Assembly (NCBI GenBank): GCA_963727455.1
Contig: CAVSGG010000008.1
Coordinates: 32,001-96,000, forward strand
Direction of reading: 5' to 3'
DNA: 64,000 nucleotides
Origin: Candidatus Krumholzibacteriota bacterium
GTDB taxonomy: Bacteria > Krumholzibacteriota > Krumholzibacteriia > JAJRXK01
Shown here: in pieces, positions 10,468 to 19,432 of the stretch
Numbering within the stretch: position 1 is the stretch's first letter
How the letters are laid out: each line of letters opens with the position of its first letter
The notes under the pieces: model-generated
Told to the model about the DNA's origin: nothing
What the model saw: the letters and a program-made list of their open reading frames with translations, nothing else
Databases searched by the model: none
Program-made: the position numbers and the translations under genes

Positions 10468-11481
10468 CTAGCCCGCTCGAAAGCACACGGGAAGACCCTC
10501 TCCCCGCGCAAGAACGCGTCCGATGGGCATGGGGGGCTCGCGCAACTCCGCGGCAATCCGCGAGGAAATCTCCTCACAAATCACGACCATCCCCAAGCCC
10601 AGGTTGAAGACCCGCCGCATCTCTTCGACTTCGATTCGACCTCGCTCTTGGAGCAATCGGAAGATGGGAGGGATCTGCCAAGAGCCCGCGTCGATTTGGA
10701 CCGCCAGCCCTTCCGGGAGAACTCGGGGAATGTTGTCGACGAGACCGCCTCCGGTGATGTGAGCCAGCGCTGCGATCGACTGATGCGCACGCAGCTCCAT
10801 CACTTGTGACAGATAGCTGCGATGCACCGCGAGAAGCGCATCGGCGAGCGAGCATCCCAGCCCTCCAGGATCCTCGTCCAAAGGAAGCCTGGATTCGCCC
10901 TCGAGCAGGACTTTGCGCGCCAGACTGAATCCATTCGTGTGCAGGCCGCTGGAAGGCCAGGCGTACACCTTCATTCCCTCTCTCACCGACGCGCCGCTGA
11001 TGAGGTCGTTTTCCTCCACTCTCCCCACGATACAGCCGGCCAGGTCGAAGTCCTCACCGTGATACACCCCGGGCATCTCCGCCGTCTCTCCCCCGATCAG
11101 CGCGCAGCCGTTTTCACGGCAGGCCTTGGCGAGCCCCTCCACCACCGCGACAAAGGTCTCTTCGCTCAGACTACCGGTCCCGTAATAGTCCAGGAAGAAG
11201 AGCGGCGTGGCCCCCTGAACCAGGATGTCGTTGACGCAGTGGTTCACCAGGTCCTCGCCGACTCCGCCTGGCTGCTGGGCCGCGAGGGCGATTTTCAGCT
11301 TGGTACCCACTCCGTCGATGGAGGAAACGAGCAGGGATCCGTCGGGCTGCCGATAGAGGCCCCCGAAAGATCCCACCTCCGATGCCACGGCAGGGCCCCA
11401 GGTGGAGCGTATGGCGGCACGGGAAGAGGCGAGCGCTTGGCTGGCGGCGTCGATATCGACCCCGGATTCGCGGTATTTCAT
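10468..11481 (-). CDS. purM: phosphoribosylformylglycinamidine cyclo-ligase
   Basis: YRESGVDI, DGVGTK, LIGGETAEMPG, SSGLHTNG, HITGGG, FNLGLG. Confidence 0.98.
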   Translation of the reverse strand: MKYRESGVDIDAASQALASSRAAIRSTWGPAVASEVGSFGGLYRQPDGSLLVSSIDGVGTKLKIALAAQQPGGVGEDLVNHCVNDILVQGATPLFFLDYYGTGSLSEETFVAVVEGLAKACRENGCALIGGETAEMPGVYHGEDFDLAGCIVGRVEENDLISGASVREGMKVYAWPSSGLHTNGFSLARKVLLEGESRLPLDEDPGGLGCSLADALLAVHRSYLSQVMELRAHQSIAALAHITGGGLVDNIPRVLPEGLAVQIDAGSWQIPPIFRLLQERGRIEVEEMRRVFNLGLGMVVICEEISSRIAAELREPPMPIGRVLARGEGLPVCFRAG

Positions 11482-11487
11482 GGCGGC

Positions 11488-11516
11488 ATGCTAGGGCGAG
11501 GCGGCTGTCCTGTCAA
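11488..11516 (-). promoter_or_regulatory. sigma70-type promoter of purM (leaderless geometry)
   Basis: TTGACA-17-TAGCAT, 6 nt upstream of ATG. Confidence 0.7.
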
Positions 11517-11556
11517 AGAGAGGCATGGCGGCGGTCGGAGAGCCTCGCGACCGGCT

Positions 11557-12909
11557 CTAGCCCACCGGCAGGCCGACGGGAAGCTCGGCCTCGCGCGTGG
11601 CAGCGTCGTGCAGAATTCTCTGGATCTCCAGGGCGGTACCGTCTGCCTGAGCGATCACCTTGAAGCTGCCGTCGGCGTACATCGACTCGATTGCATCGAC
11701 CACGTCCTCGGCGAACTGGCTCCCCTTGAAGCGGCGCAACTCCTCCATGCACTGCTCGAGCGAGAGCGCAGCCCGGTAGGGACGGTTGGAGGTCATGGCG
11801 TCAATTGCGTCGCAACAGTTGAGGATGCGGCTGCCCAGTTTGACCTCGTCGTCGCGTAGACCGTCGGGATAGCCCAGGCCATCCGGACGCTCGTGGTGAT
11901 GACGCACCAAGTCCGCCGCGCCCTTGAGGAACTTCATTTGAGAGACAATTTCGCCCCCGATCGCGGGATGGGAAGCGAGGATGTCGAACTCGTCCTTGGT
12001 CAGGCGCGCCGGTTTGCAGACGATGTCGTTGGTGATGGCGATCTTGCCTATGTCGTGCAGCAGTCCGGCGTACTCGAGCTCCTCGAGTTCCTCCGGCCCC
12101 ATTCCCATCCGCTGACCGATCTGCACTGCGTACTTCGCCACGCGATAGCTGTGCCCGTGCGTGTAGGGCTCGTCCGCTTCCAGGGCGGTGGTGAGCGCGG
12201 CCACGGTGTTGATGTGCGCTTCCTTCATTTCCTCGAAGAGCTTGTGGCTCTGCCAGATGATGAACAGCGGCAATCCAAAGAGCAGCAGCGACCAGAGTCC
12301 CGCGTACTCGTAGGAGAAGATGAGGAAAGCGCTCAGGGGTGCGGTGAGCAGGCCACTCAAAAAGTGCCAGGCGTAGTCGCCGCGCCAAACTTGATTCCAG
12401 GTCCGCCCTTCATTCAGGACGAGAACCGTGCTGGTGAGCGTCATGTTGACGCCAGAGAAAACCATGTGTGCCACGAGCGCGGGAATGAGGAACAGCGGCG
12501 AGGAGAGACTATCGACGCTGCTCCAGGGCAAGCTATGAAAAACGATGCCGGCCACTCCAACGGAGAAAGTCATCATCGCGATGTTGAAGATGACCTTCAA
12601 CGGAGAGCGACGCTTGATCAAGCCATCGCCCACCAGCAAACTCGCGCCTTCCATAAGCATCGCGGCAGCCGGACCGAGGGTTGCGATCACCGCAATGTCC
12701 ACGGTGGAGGAGGCCAGCCAGTCTCCGCCTGCTGAGGTCTTGACCTCGAAGAAATCGACTCCGATCAAGAACACACTGAAGCAGAGGATCGGAAGCCACT
12801 GAAGTGGTGAGATGGGGTAACGCTGAAATACCCACCAGCCCAACGCGTACGCCGCTACGGTGAGGACAAGAACGTAGAGAATTGCGATTGGTTTGCGGCG
12901 TATGAGCAT
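11557..12909 (-). CDS. membrane-bound HD-GYP cyclic dinucleotide phosphodiesterase
   Basis: ~220-aa multi-TM N-terminus, then HGHSYRV, LLHDIGK, HHHER.DGLGYP, DAIDAMTSNRPYR. Confidence 0.92.
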   Translation of the reverse strand: MLIRRKPIAILYVLVLTVAAYALGWWVFQRYPISPLQWLPILCFSVFLIGVDFFEVKTSAGGDWLASSTVDIAVIATLGPAAAMLMEGASLLVGDGLIKRRSPLKVIFNIAMMTFSVGVAGIVFHSLPWSSVDSLSSPLFLIPALVAHMVFSGVNMTLTSTVLVLNEGRTWNQVWRGDYAWHFLSGLLTAPLSAFLIFSYEYAGLWSLLLFGLPLFIIWQSHKLFEEMKEAHINTVAALTTALEADEPYTHGHSYRVAKYAVQIGQRMGMGPEELEELEYAGLLHDIGKIAITNDIVCKPARLTKDEFDILASHPAIGGEIVSQMKFLKGAADLVRHHHERPDGLGYPDGLRDDEVKLGSRILNCCDAIDAMTSNRPYRAALSLEQCMEELRRFKGSQFAEDVVDAIESMYADGSFKVIAQADGTALEIQRILHDAATREAELPVGLPVG

Positions 12910-12938
12910 TTGACCAAGGCCGGTTGAGAAGAGTTAGA

Positions 12939-12974
12939 CTACCACTTCACCTTACTACCGAGGACCCAGAACAT
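12939..12974 (-). CDS. 11-aa micropeptide MFWVLGSKVKW
   Basis: GAGGTG SD, 5-nt spacer, ATG TTC TGG GTC CTC GGT AGT AAG GTG AAG TGG TAG; ends 29 nt before the HD-GYP ATG. Confidence 0.65.
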   Translation of the reverse strand: MFWVLGSKVKW

Positions 12975-13137
12975 TTTCCCACCTCACATCGGATTGGATT
13001 TGCCGCCATGCTCCGCTAGGGGGCGGCAGTGAGGCTTCGCTACGCGCTCGGGAATATGTGCTCCGCTCGGGGTTTCTCTGCAGACAACTCCCCTCAACCG
13101 GCCAAAAAGAGACCACGACACAAGTCGCGACTTGCCA

Positions 13138-13887
13138 TCAGGCCGAGGCGGCCCGCCACGAGATCTGCTCGAGGGTGGCGTCCTCGTCCTGTACCATCAA
13201 GTCCTGAAACTCCGCTTTGCCCAGAGGCCGATTCAGAGCATCAAGACAGGCGTAAACCGTTGATTCATAAAGAGATCCATTGTCCCAGCAGGTACCGGCC
13301 AGGCGCTGGATCTGGCGATTTGCGCCGAAATCCAGCACTACGATGACCAGGGACCCGCCGGCCAGTGAGGCCACTCGGGTGGTCCTCAATTGGATCTCAT
13401 ACTGGGGTTTCAGCAAGTTGCGCACCGCTTGGACCGCCGCCTGGGCCACCAGAGCCACGCAGGCGTCTGCGCCCAGAGCCGGGCCTTCCGAGCGGCCAGG
13501 CAGGCCCTCGAAAGCGCCCAGACTCAACTCGACCTCGGCGACGAAATTTCCGCCGCTGGTGGTGGAGTGAACTGCGGCCAGACGGATCCGTGGCTGCGAG
13601 CGCGACGGGGGCCGGCTCACGGTCGACTGGTTTGAGGGGAGGGGGGAAGTGTGCGAGGAATTGAGCTGAACCACGCCGATCTTGCGATGATCCACCTGAA
13701 CACCGTGGCGACGGAGCACCGCTTCGACATCGCGCACGATGGGACGGGGAGGACGCTGGGTATCGCTCAAAACGTCGATCTGTTCGATTTCATGCTGAGC
13801 GTCCAGAATCACGGAGGCGTAGCTGACGTTGCGAATCCTCGAGAGCTCGCGCTCCACCTCCATCACTTTCTTCGAATCGAGACTCAT
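13138..13887 (-). CDS. conserved hypothetical cytosolic protein (HD-GYP-associated type)
   Basis: EIEQIDVLSDTQRPPRPIVRDVEA, VDHRKIGVVQ, C-terminal ACLDALNR; AGGTGG SD before ATG 13887. Confidence 0.8.
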   Translation of the reverse strand: MSLDSKKVMEVERELSRIRNVSYASVILDAQHEIEQIDVLSDTQRPPRPIVRDVEAVLRRHGVQVDHRKIGVVQLNSSHTSPLPSNQSTVSRPPSRSQPRIRLAAVHSTTSGGNFVAEVELSLGAFEGLPGRSEGPALGADACVALVAQAAVQAVRNLLKPQYEIQLRTTRVASLAGGSLVIVVLDFGANRQIQRLAGTCWDNGSLYESTVYACLDALNRPLGKAEFQDLMVQDEDATLEQISWRAASA

Positions 13888-14020
13888 GGATCCACCTGAG
13901 TTCTTTCTGCCCATTCCGCTGCTCCGGCGGGATTCGTCGCGCTACGACTGTAGCACACGGCTTGATCCGCCACCAAGGAAGAAACAGACTAAGCCATGAA
14001 ATGACAAAAGATTGAAGGGT

Positions 14021-14932
14021 TTACTTCGGCCAGGCCACGAGCTGGCGCAGCTCCTCGCGTCTCTGATTCACTGCGGCCGGCCTTAGATTTTCCAGGCCGC
14101 GGACGCTGAAGTCCTCTGCGGCGAAGCTCGCGAGCACCGTACCCTCGATCATGGCCTCGCGCAGGAGATCGTGATCCAGCTTCTCGCGACCGGCCAGATG
14201 GCCCAGAAAGCCACCGGCAAAGGTGTCCCCTGCACCGGTCGGGTCCTTGACGCGGTCCAACACCACCGCCGGCAAAGCGAAGCGCTGCGCGCCGTCGAAG
14301 AGGAGAGCTCCGTGCTCTCCCTTCTTGACGACCACTCGCTCGGGTCCCATGGCCTGAATCACCCGCACCGATTCGACCAGGGAGTGCTTTCCGCTCAACA
14401 GGCGCACTTCCTCGTCGTTGAGAAAGACGAGATCGGAGCGCTCGAGCACTTTGACCAGCTCCTCGCGCGAGGATTCGATCCACAGATTCATGGTGTCCAC
14501 CGCCACCAGTCGCGGGCTCTTGACCTGCTCGAGAACTTCCAGCTGCAGAGAGGGGTGGATGTTGGCGAGGAAGAGAAGTTCGGGATCCCGGAAGCTCCAA
14601 GGGAGAACGGGATGGAAGTGCTCGAAGACGTTCAAGTGGGTGAAGAGAGTGTCACGCCGATTCATGTCCTCGTGATAGCGCCCTCCCCAACGGAAACACT
14701 CCCCCTTCTCCACTTGGAGTCCGCTAGTGTCGATCTCCTTGCTCGACAGGAGATCACGGGCACTCTGGGGAAGGTCCTCTCCCACCACAGCGACCAGTCC
14801 CACCTGCGCATTGCGCGCGGCGGCGAGCGAGAAAAACGTGGCGCTCCCGCCCAGGGCGTTTTCTGCCTTTCCCCAGCGAGTCTCCACCGAGTCCAAGGCT
14901 ACCGAGCCCACTACGACGATCTGCATGAGCAT
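14021..14932 (-). CDS. PfkB-family carbohydrate/nucleoside kinase
   Basis: GSVALD, GGSATFF, DTMNLWI, NDEE, DPTGAGDTFAGG. Confidence 0.93.
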   Translation of the reverse strand: MLMQIVVVGSVALDSVETRWGKAENALGGSATFFSLAAARNAQVGLVAVVGEDLPQSARDLLSSKEIDTSGLQVEKGECFRWGGRYHEDMNRRDTLFTHLNVFEHFHPVLPWSFRDPELLFLANIHPSLQLEVLEQVKSPRLVAVDTMNLWIESSREELVKVLERSDLVFLNDEEVRLLSGKHSLVESVRVIQAMGPERVVVKKGEHGALLFDGAQRFALPAVVLDRVKDPTGAGDTFAGGFLGHLAGREKLDHDLLREAMIEGTVLASFAAEDFSVRGLENLRPAAVNQRREELRQLVAWPK

Positions 14933-14954
14933 GCCCCCGATCGATTTCTTGCGT

Positions 14955-16685
14955 TCACATTTGCTCCGGGGTGTCCATCCCCAGCAGAGTCAGCGTGTTG
15001 GCCAAGACGACGCGCGTCGCCGAACTCAGCGCCAGACGCGCGCGTGAGAGATCCGAGTCGTCCGTGAGGATCCTGCAATGCTGGTAGAAGTGATGGAATG
15101 CCGACGCCAAATCGACGGAATATCTCGTCAAGCGCGATACCTCGCGAGTCGCAGCGCTGCGCGCAATGATGTGCGGCAGATCGGGCAGTAGCCGGCAAAG
15201 CGCAATCTCCGCGTCTTCGCATAGAAGTCTCAGTTCTTTCTCCGTGGCTGGATGTTTGTCCGCGCCCTGAGCCTTCGCATTGCGCAGCACACTGCAGATC
15301 CGGGCGTGCGCGTACTTCACATACCAACCGGGATTGTCATTGCTCTGCTTCCGCGCCAGGTCCAAATCAAAATCCAGATGGGAGGAGTTTTTGCGCGACA
15401 AGAAGAAGAACCGCGCCACGTCCGCGCCCACATCATCGATGAGCTGATCCATGGTCACCAGTCGGCCCGCGCGCTTGGACATCTCCAGGGGAAGACCGTC
15501 TTGGATGAGGTTCACTTGCTGCAAAAGGATGATCTCGAGCCAATTGGGCGGAAAACCCAAGCACTCGCTGGCCGCCGCCATGCGAGCGATGTAGCCGTGG
15601 TGGTCGGGTCCCAGAAGATCAATGGCCACCTCCGCTCCGCGTTCCTTCTTGCTCAAGTGGTAGGCGATGTCGGGCAGAAAGTAGGTGGGCACGCCATCGC
15701 TCTTCACCAAAACCCGGTCTTTCTCGTCCTCGAATTCGCCCGTGGCCAGCCAGGTCGCGCCGTCCTTTTCGTAGACGTGTCCGGCATCCTTCAAAGTCTC
15801 CAGAGTCTTCTCGAGCTTTCCACTGCGGTGCAGCTCCGTTTCGAGATACCAGGAGTCGAAGCGAACTCCGTAGCGCCGGCAGGTCGCCCTTTGGGAGAGA
15901 AGCATCGCGGCAATCCCGAAGGAGCCGAAGGCCTGAGCGGAATCCTCGTCGCTTTTAAGCGCGAGCCAATCGTCCGGCTCACCCTTGGGCAAGGAGAGAT
16001 CTCCGATGATCCGTCCCGCCTCTTCATCGCTCTCCTGGCTGAGAAGAGAGGTGCCACGCTCCAGCAATTTGCGCGCGAGTTCCTCCAGGTACTCGCCTTG
16101 GTATCCCTCTTCGGGCAGCTCGACCGCCTCCCCTTTCGCCTGGAGATAGCGCGCCCGGAAACTGCGTCCGAAGAGCAGGACCTGCCGGCCGGCATTGTTC
16201 ACGTAGAACTCGCTGCTGGGCCGATAACCCGCGCGTTCCATGACGCGATGCAGAGTCGAACCCACCGCGGCGGCCCGTGCGCTCACGATGTTCAAGGGTC
16301 CCGTGGGATTCGCGCTGATGTACTCCAGGCTGATACGCTCTCCCTCCCCGGCCTGGCTGCGCCCGTAGTCCTCGGCCTCTTCCAGGATGCGAAGAATCGG
16401 CTCGGTCAACGCTTGGTGCGAATAACGGAAGTTGATGAAACCCGGACCCGCGATCTCCAGCGACTCCACTAGCGACTTATCCAGCTCCAGGCTTGCCGCG
16501 ATCTCTCCCGCGAGCTCCCGGGGCTTGCGTTCGAGACGCTTCGCCAAAAGTAGAGCGACGTTGGAGCTGAGATCTCCGTGGCTGGGGTCCTTGGGCTGCT
16601 CCAGCTCGAGGCGCACGTCCTCCTCGAAGACACCGTAGCCCTCCAAGGCCTTCATGAGGGCGTCGCGAATGAGCTTCTCGATCAT
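14955..16685 (-). CDS. argS: arginine--tRNA ligase
   Basis: HGDLSSN, AGPGFIN, SANPTGPL, MSKRAG, YVKYAHAR, TPEQM end. Confidence 0.97.
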   Translation of the reverse strand: MIEKLIRDALMKALEGYGVFEEDVRLELEQPKDPSHGDLSSNVALLLAKRLERKPRELAGEIAASLELDKSLVESLEIAGPGFINFRYSHQALTEPILRILEEAEDYGRSQAGEGERISLEYISANPTGPLNIVSARAAAVGSTLHRVMERAGYRPSSEFYVNNAGRQVLLFGRSFRARYLQAKGEAVELPEEGYQGEYLEELARKLLERGTSLLSQESDEEAGRIIGDLSLPKGEPDDWLALKSDEDSAQAFGSFGIAAMLLSQRATCRRYGVRFDSWYLETELHRSGKLEKTLETLKDAGHVYEKDGATWLATGEFEDEKDRVLVKSDGVPTYFLPDIAYHLSKKERGAEVAIDLLGPDHHGYIARMAAASECLGFPPNWLEIILLQQVNLIQDGLPLEMSKRAGRLVTMDQLIDDVGADVARFFFLSRKNSSHLDFDLDLARKQSNDNPGWYVKYAHARICSVLRNAKAQGADKHPATEKELRLLCEDAEIALCRLLPDLPHIIARSAATREVSRLTRYSVDLASAFHHFYQHCRILTDDSDLSRARLALSSATRVVLANTLTLLGMDTPEQM

Positions 16686-17050
16686 TGGGAAGCTCCACTT
16701 TCGTCGAAGCGTGTAAGAGGTGCATCGCCCCAGAGTCTCTCCAGAGCGTAGTAACTACGGGCCCGGGGCTGCATTACGTGCGCGACCACGTCGAAGAAAT
16801 CGATGAGTACCCAGCTTCCCACGTCCTTCCCTTCCACATGGAGAGGTTTCTCGCCTCGAGTCTGGGCCCCATCCAGGATTGCATTGGCAATCGTCCGCAC
16901 CTGGAGTTGGGAGCCCCCGCTGAGAAGAACGAAGTAGTCGGTGACGTCGCTCAACTCGCTGACATCGAGGAGAACCACGTCCTCCGCCTTTTTCGAAAGA
17001 CCCCATTCCACGATGGCGCGAGCCAGCTCATGGCTTTGCTCTTTGTTCAT
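16682..17050 (-). CDS. rsfS: ribosome silencing factor
   Basis: KKAEDVVLLDV, TDYFV, WVLIDFFDVVAHV, YALERLW. Confidence 0.95.
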   Translation of the reverse strand: MNKEQSHELARAIVEWGLSKKAEDVVLLDVSELSDVTDYFVLLSGGSQLQVRTIANAILDGAQTRGEKPLHVEGKDVGSWVLIDFFDVVAHVMQPRARSYYALERLWGDAPLTRFDESGASQ

Positions 17051-17086
17051 AGTCTCGTCCGCAAAAGATTCCACGAGAATTGAGGC

Positions 17087-18085
17087 TCAGTTGAGGCGGC
17101 GAAGCACATAGTCCACCGCGTCGCTGAGGATCGCGGTCTGAGGATGCGGGCCGAGCGCATGGAGGCTCTCCTTCGCGCGCTCACCATAGTGCGCGGCCAT
17201 CTTGGAGGCATATTCCAATCCACCGTGCTGGTGCACCATTTCACGGACTTCGGCCCACAGACGAGGCTCGTCCGGACCGGCCACCATCGCCTTGCGCAGC
17301 CGCGCTTTCAGTGGAGCTGACGCGTTTCGCCAGGCCGCGATGAACGGAAGCGTGATACGCCCCTCGCGCCAATCCCCTCCTACCGGCTTGCCAAGCCGCT
17401 TGGGATCGCCGCGATAGTCGAAAATGTCATCGGTGATCTGAAAGGCCATTCCCAAGTTCTGTCCGAATGCTGAAAGAGCAGGGCGATGGTGTTGCAAACC
17501 GGGATGGAACAGCGCGCCGATTTCGCAAGAGGCCGCGATCAAACACGCGGTCTTCTCGGAGATGATCGTGAAGTAGTCCTCTTCCGGTAGGTCGAGGCGA
17601 CTGCGACTCTCCAGCTGCATCATCTCCGCCACGCTCATGCGGTGCGTGGTGGCCGCGATGATTCGCATCGCATCCTCCATGCCGCGCGCGGTGAGCAGGG
17701 AAAAGACCTTGGTGTAGAGGAAGTCGCCCATGATGAGTGCGGCCGCAGGACCCCACTTTACGTTCACGGTAGGAAGACGGCGGCGCGTGGCTGCATCGTC
17801 GATGAAATCGTCGTGAACTAGCGTTGCGGTGTGGACCAGCTCGACACAGGCCGCCGCGAATGCGGCATCCGGATGCATCTCGCTGCCGTTCTTGGAGGCA
17901 ATGAGCACTAGAGTCGGGCGAAAGCGCTTGGACTTCCCCTCTTTCAAATGCTCGCAGATCTTCCCCAGCAGCTCCAGCTCACCGTTGAGAAGGGTCTCGT
18001 ACTCGCGCTCGAAGGAAATCAACTCCTCGGCCACGAAGGACTGAAGCGACTGGAGTTTGACGCGGTCCTCGCCGGCCAGAGGCAC
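17087..18085 (-). CDS. polyprenyl diphosphate synthase (IspB-like)
   Basis: KRFRP, LVHDDFID...RR, FQITDDIFD, GGDWREG. Confidence 0.93.
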   Translation of the reverse strand: MPLAGEDRVKLQSLQSFVAEELISFEREYETLLNGELELLGKICEHLKEGKSKRFRPTLVLIASKNGSEMHPDAAFAAACVELVHTATLVHDDFIDDAATRRRLPTVNVKWGPAAALIMGDFLYTKVFSLLTARGMEDAMRIIAATTHRMSVAEMMQLESRSRLDLPEEDYFTIISEKTACLIAASCEIGALFHPGLQHHRPALSAFGQNLGMAFQITDDIFDYRGDPKRLGKPVGGDWREGRITLPFIAAWRNASAPLKARLRKAMVAGPDEPRLWAEVREMVHQHGGLEYASKMAAHYGERAKESLHALGPHPQTAILSDAVDYVLRRLN

Positions 18086-18172
18086 TGTAATCCTGCCTTC
18101 AATGGAGATGCGACCTTCGAGCGAACCCCGGAGGAGTCACGCAAGAGCCTTACAGGTATACAATTGTCGCTG

Positions 18173-18931
18173 CTAGCTGTCAATGTCGTCCGGTTTGCGG
18201 TCTTTTCGCCTCCGCATGATCAACGCCACCACGACGCTGGACATGTACAGGACCATGACCGGCCCGGCCAGCATGATCTGACTGATGATGTCCGGCGGTG
18301 TCAAAATCGCCGAAACGGTCAGAATGGCGATGAGGGCGAAGCGCCAGCCCCTGAGCAGCATCCGCGGGTGCACCACCCCGGCCCAGGAGAGCGCCAGGAC
18401 CACCATGGGCAGCTCGAAGAGCAGGCCGAAGGCCAGACAGAGCCGCACGGCCAGGTCGAAATATTCCCGCGCAGTGAGAAGAGGTTGAAGCTGCTTGGTG
18501 GCGAAACCGATCGCGAAACGGATCACCAGGGGCAAGAGAACGAAAAAGCAGAAGGCGACTCCCACGTAGAATAATCCGGTGGCAGTCACCAGCAGCGGCG
18601 TCACCACTCTCTTTTCGCGGGGGTGCAAGCCAGGCGTGACGAAGCGGTAGAGCTTGAGAAGAATCAGAGGGAGCACCAGAAAGAGACCGACCGCGCTCGA
18701 GGCCTTCAACTTGAGAAGAAAGGCCTCCATGGGAGCAGTGAAGTAGAGACTCTCCTGCCCCGCCTTGCGGGCCGGACTGAGTAATCCGTCCACGATCTGG
18801 TCACTGAAGAACCAGGCCACGATCGTAGCAAGGACCGCGAGTGCCAACGCCCAGAGGATAGTCTTCCTCAGCTCCGCGATATGCTCGATCATCGTCATTT
18901 CGCCGCGTGACTTGCCGGCTCCATGACTCAT
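18173..18931 (-). CDS. tatC: twin-arginine translocase subunit TatC
   Basis: MIEHIAELR, F.TPGL.PRE, FELP, LTPPD; start approximate. Confidence 0.95.
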   Translation of the reverse strand: MSHGAGKSRGEMTMIEHIAELRKTILWALALAVLATIVAWFFSDQIVDGLLSPARKAGQESLYFTAPMEAFLLKLKASSAVGLFLVLPLILLKLYRFVTPGLHPREKRVVTPLLVTATGLFYVGVAFCFFVLLPLVIRFAIGFATKQLQPLLTAREYFDLAVRLCLAFGLLFELPMVVLALSWAGVVHPRMLLRGWRFALIAILTVSAILTPPDIISQIMLAGPVMVLYMSSVVVALIMRRRKDRKPDDIDS

Positions 18932-18935
18932 GGCA

Positions 18936-19415
18936 TCACGTACCTTTCGCGGCGCGTCCCGCATCGCGCTTGAGGAGGGATCGTAGCTCGTCCATGAACT
19001 GGCTAGCGTTCTGGAAACTGCGATACACCGATGCGAAGCGCAGGTAAGCCACCTCGTCGAGCTGTTCGAGCTCTTCCATCACCGCCCTTCCAATCTCTTC
19101 GCTGGGGATTTCCTCGCGGGCGGGAGCGAAAACGGTGGCCTCGACCCGATCGGCCAGAGCATCCATCTCCTCGCGCGTGACCGGTCGCTTGTGACAAGCT
19201 TGGATGACCCCTGCCAGCAGGCGGTCGCGATCGTAGGTCTGGTGCCGGCCATCCTTCTTCACCACCAGAGCCGAAGTGCGTTCCACATATTCATAGGTGG
19301 TGTAACGATGCGAACAGCTCACGCATTCGCGGCGCCGCCGAATTGCCGCACCTTCCTTCGTGGAACGCGAATCGACGACCCGGTCCTCGAGATTGCCGCA
19401 GTTGGGGCAACGCAT
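18936..19415 (-). CDS. nrdR: transcriptional repressor NrdR
   Basis: MRCPNCG...VVDSR...IRRRREC..C, ATP cone, VAYLRFASVYR; true start inside the long listed ORF. Confidence 0.97.
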   Translation of the reverse strand: MRCPNCGNLEDRVVDSRSTKEGAAIRRRRECVSCSHRYTTYEYVERTSALVVKKDGRHQTYDRDRLLAGVIQACHKRPVTREEMDALADRVEATVFAPAREEIPSEEIGRAVMEELEQLDEVAYLRFASVYRSFQNASQFMDELRSLLKRDAGRAAKGT

Positions 19416-19432
19416 GCAGCGGAACCTCCCTC

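Noticed and set aside
12975-13137. c-di-GMP riboswitch upstream of the HD-GYP gene
   Set aside because: No GEMM-I (GGCAAACC..GAAA..GGGACGCAAAG) pattern and no recognisable c-di-GMP-II pattern
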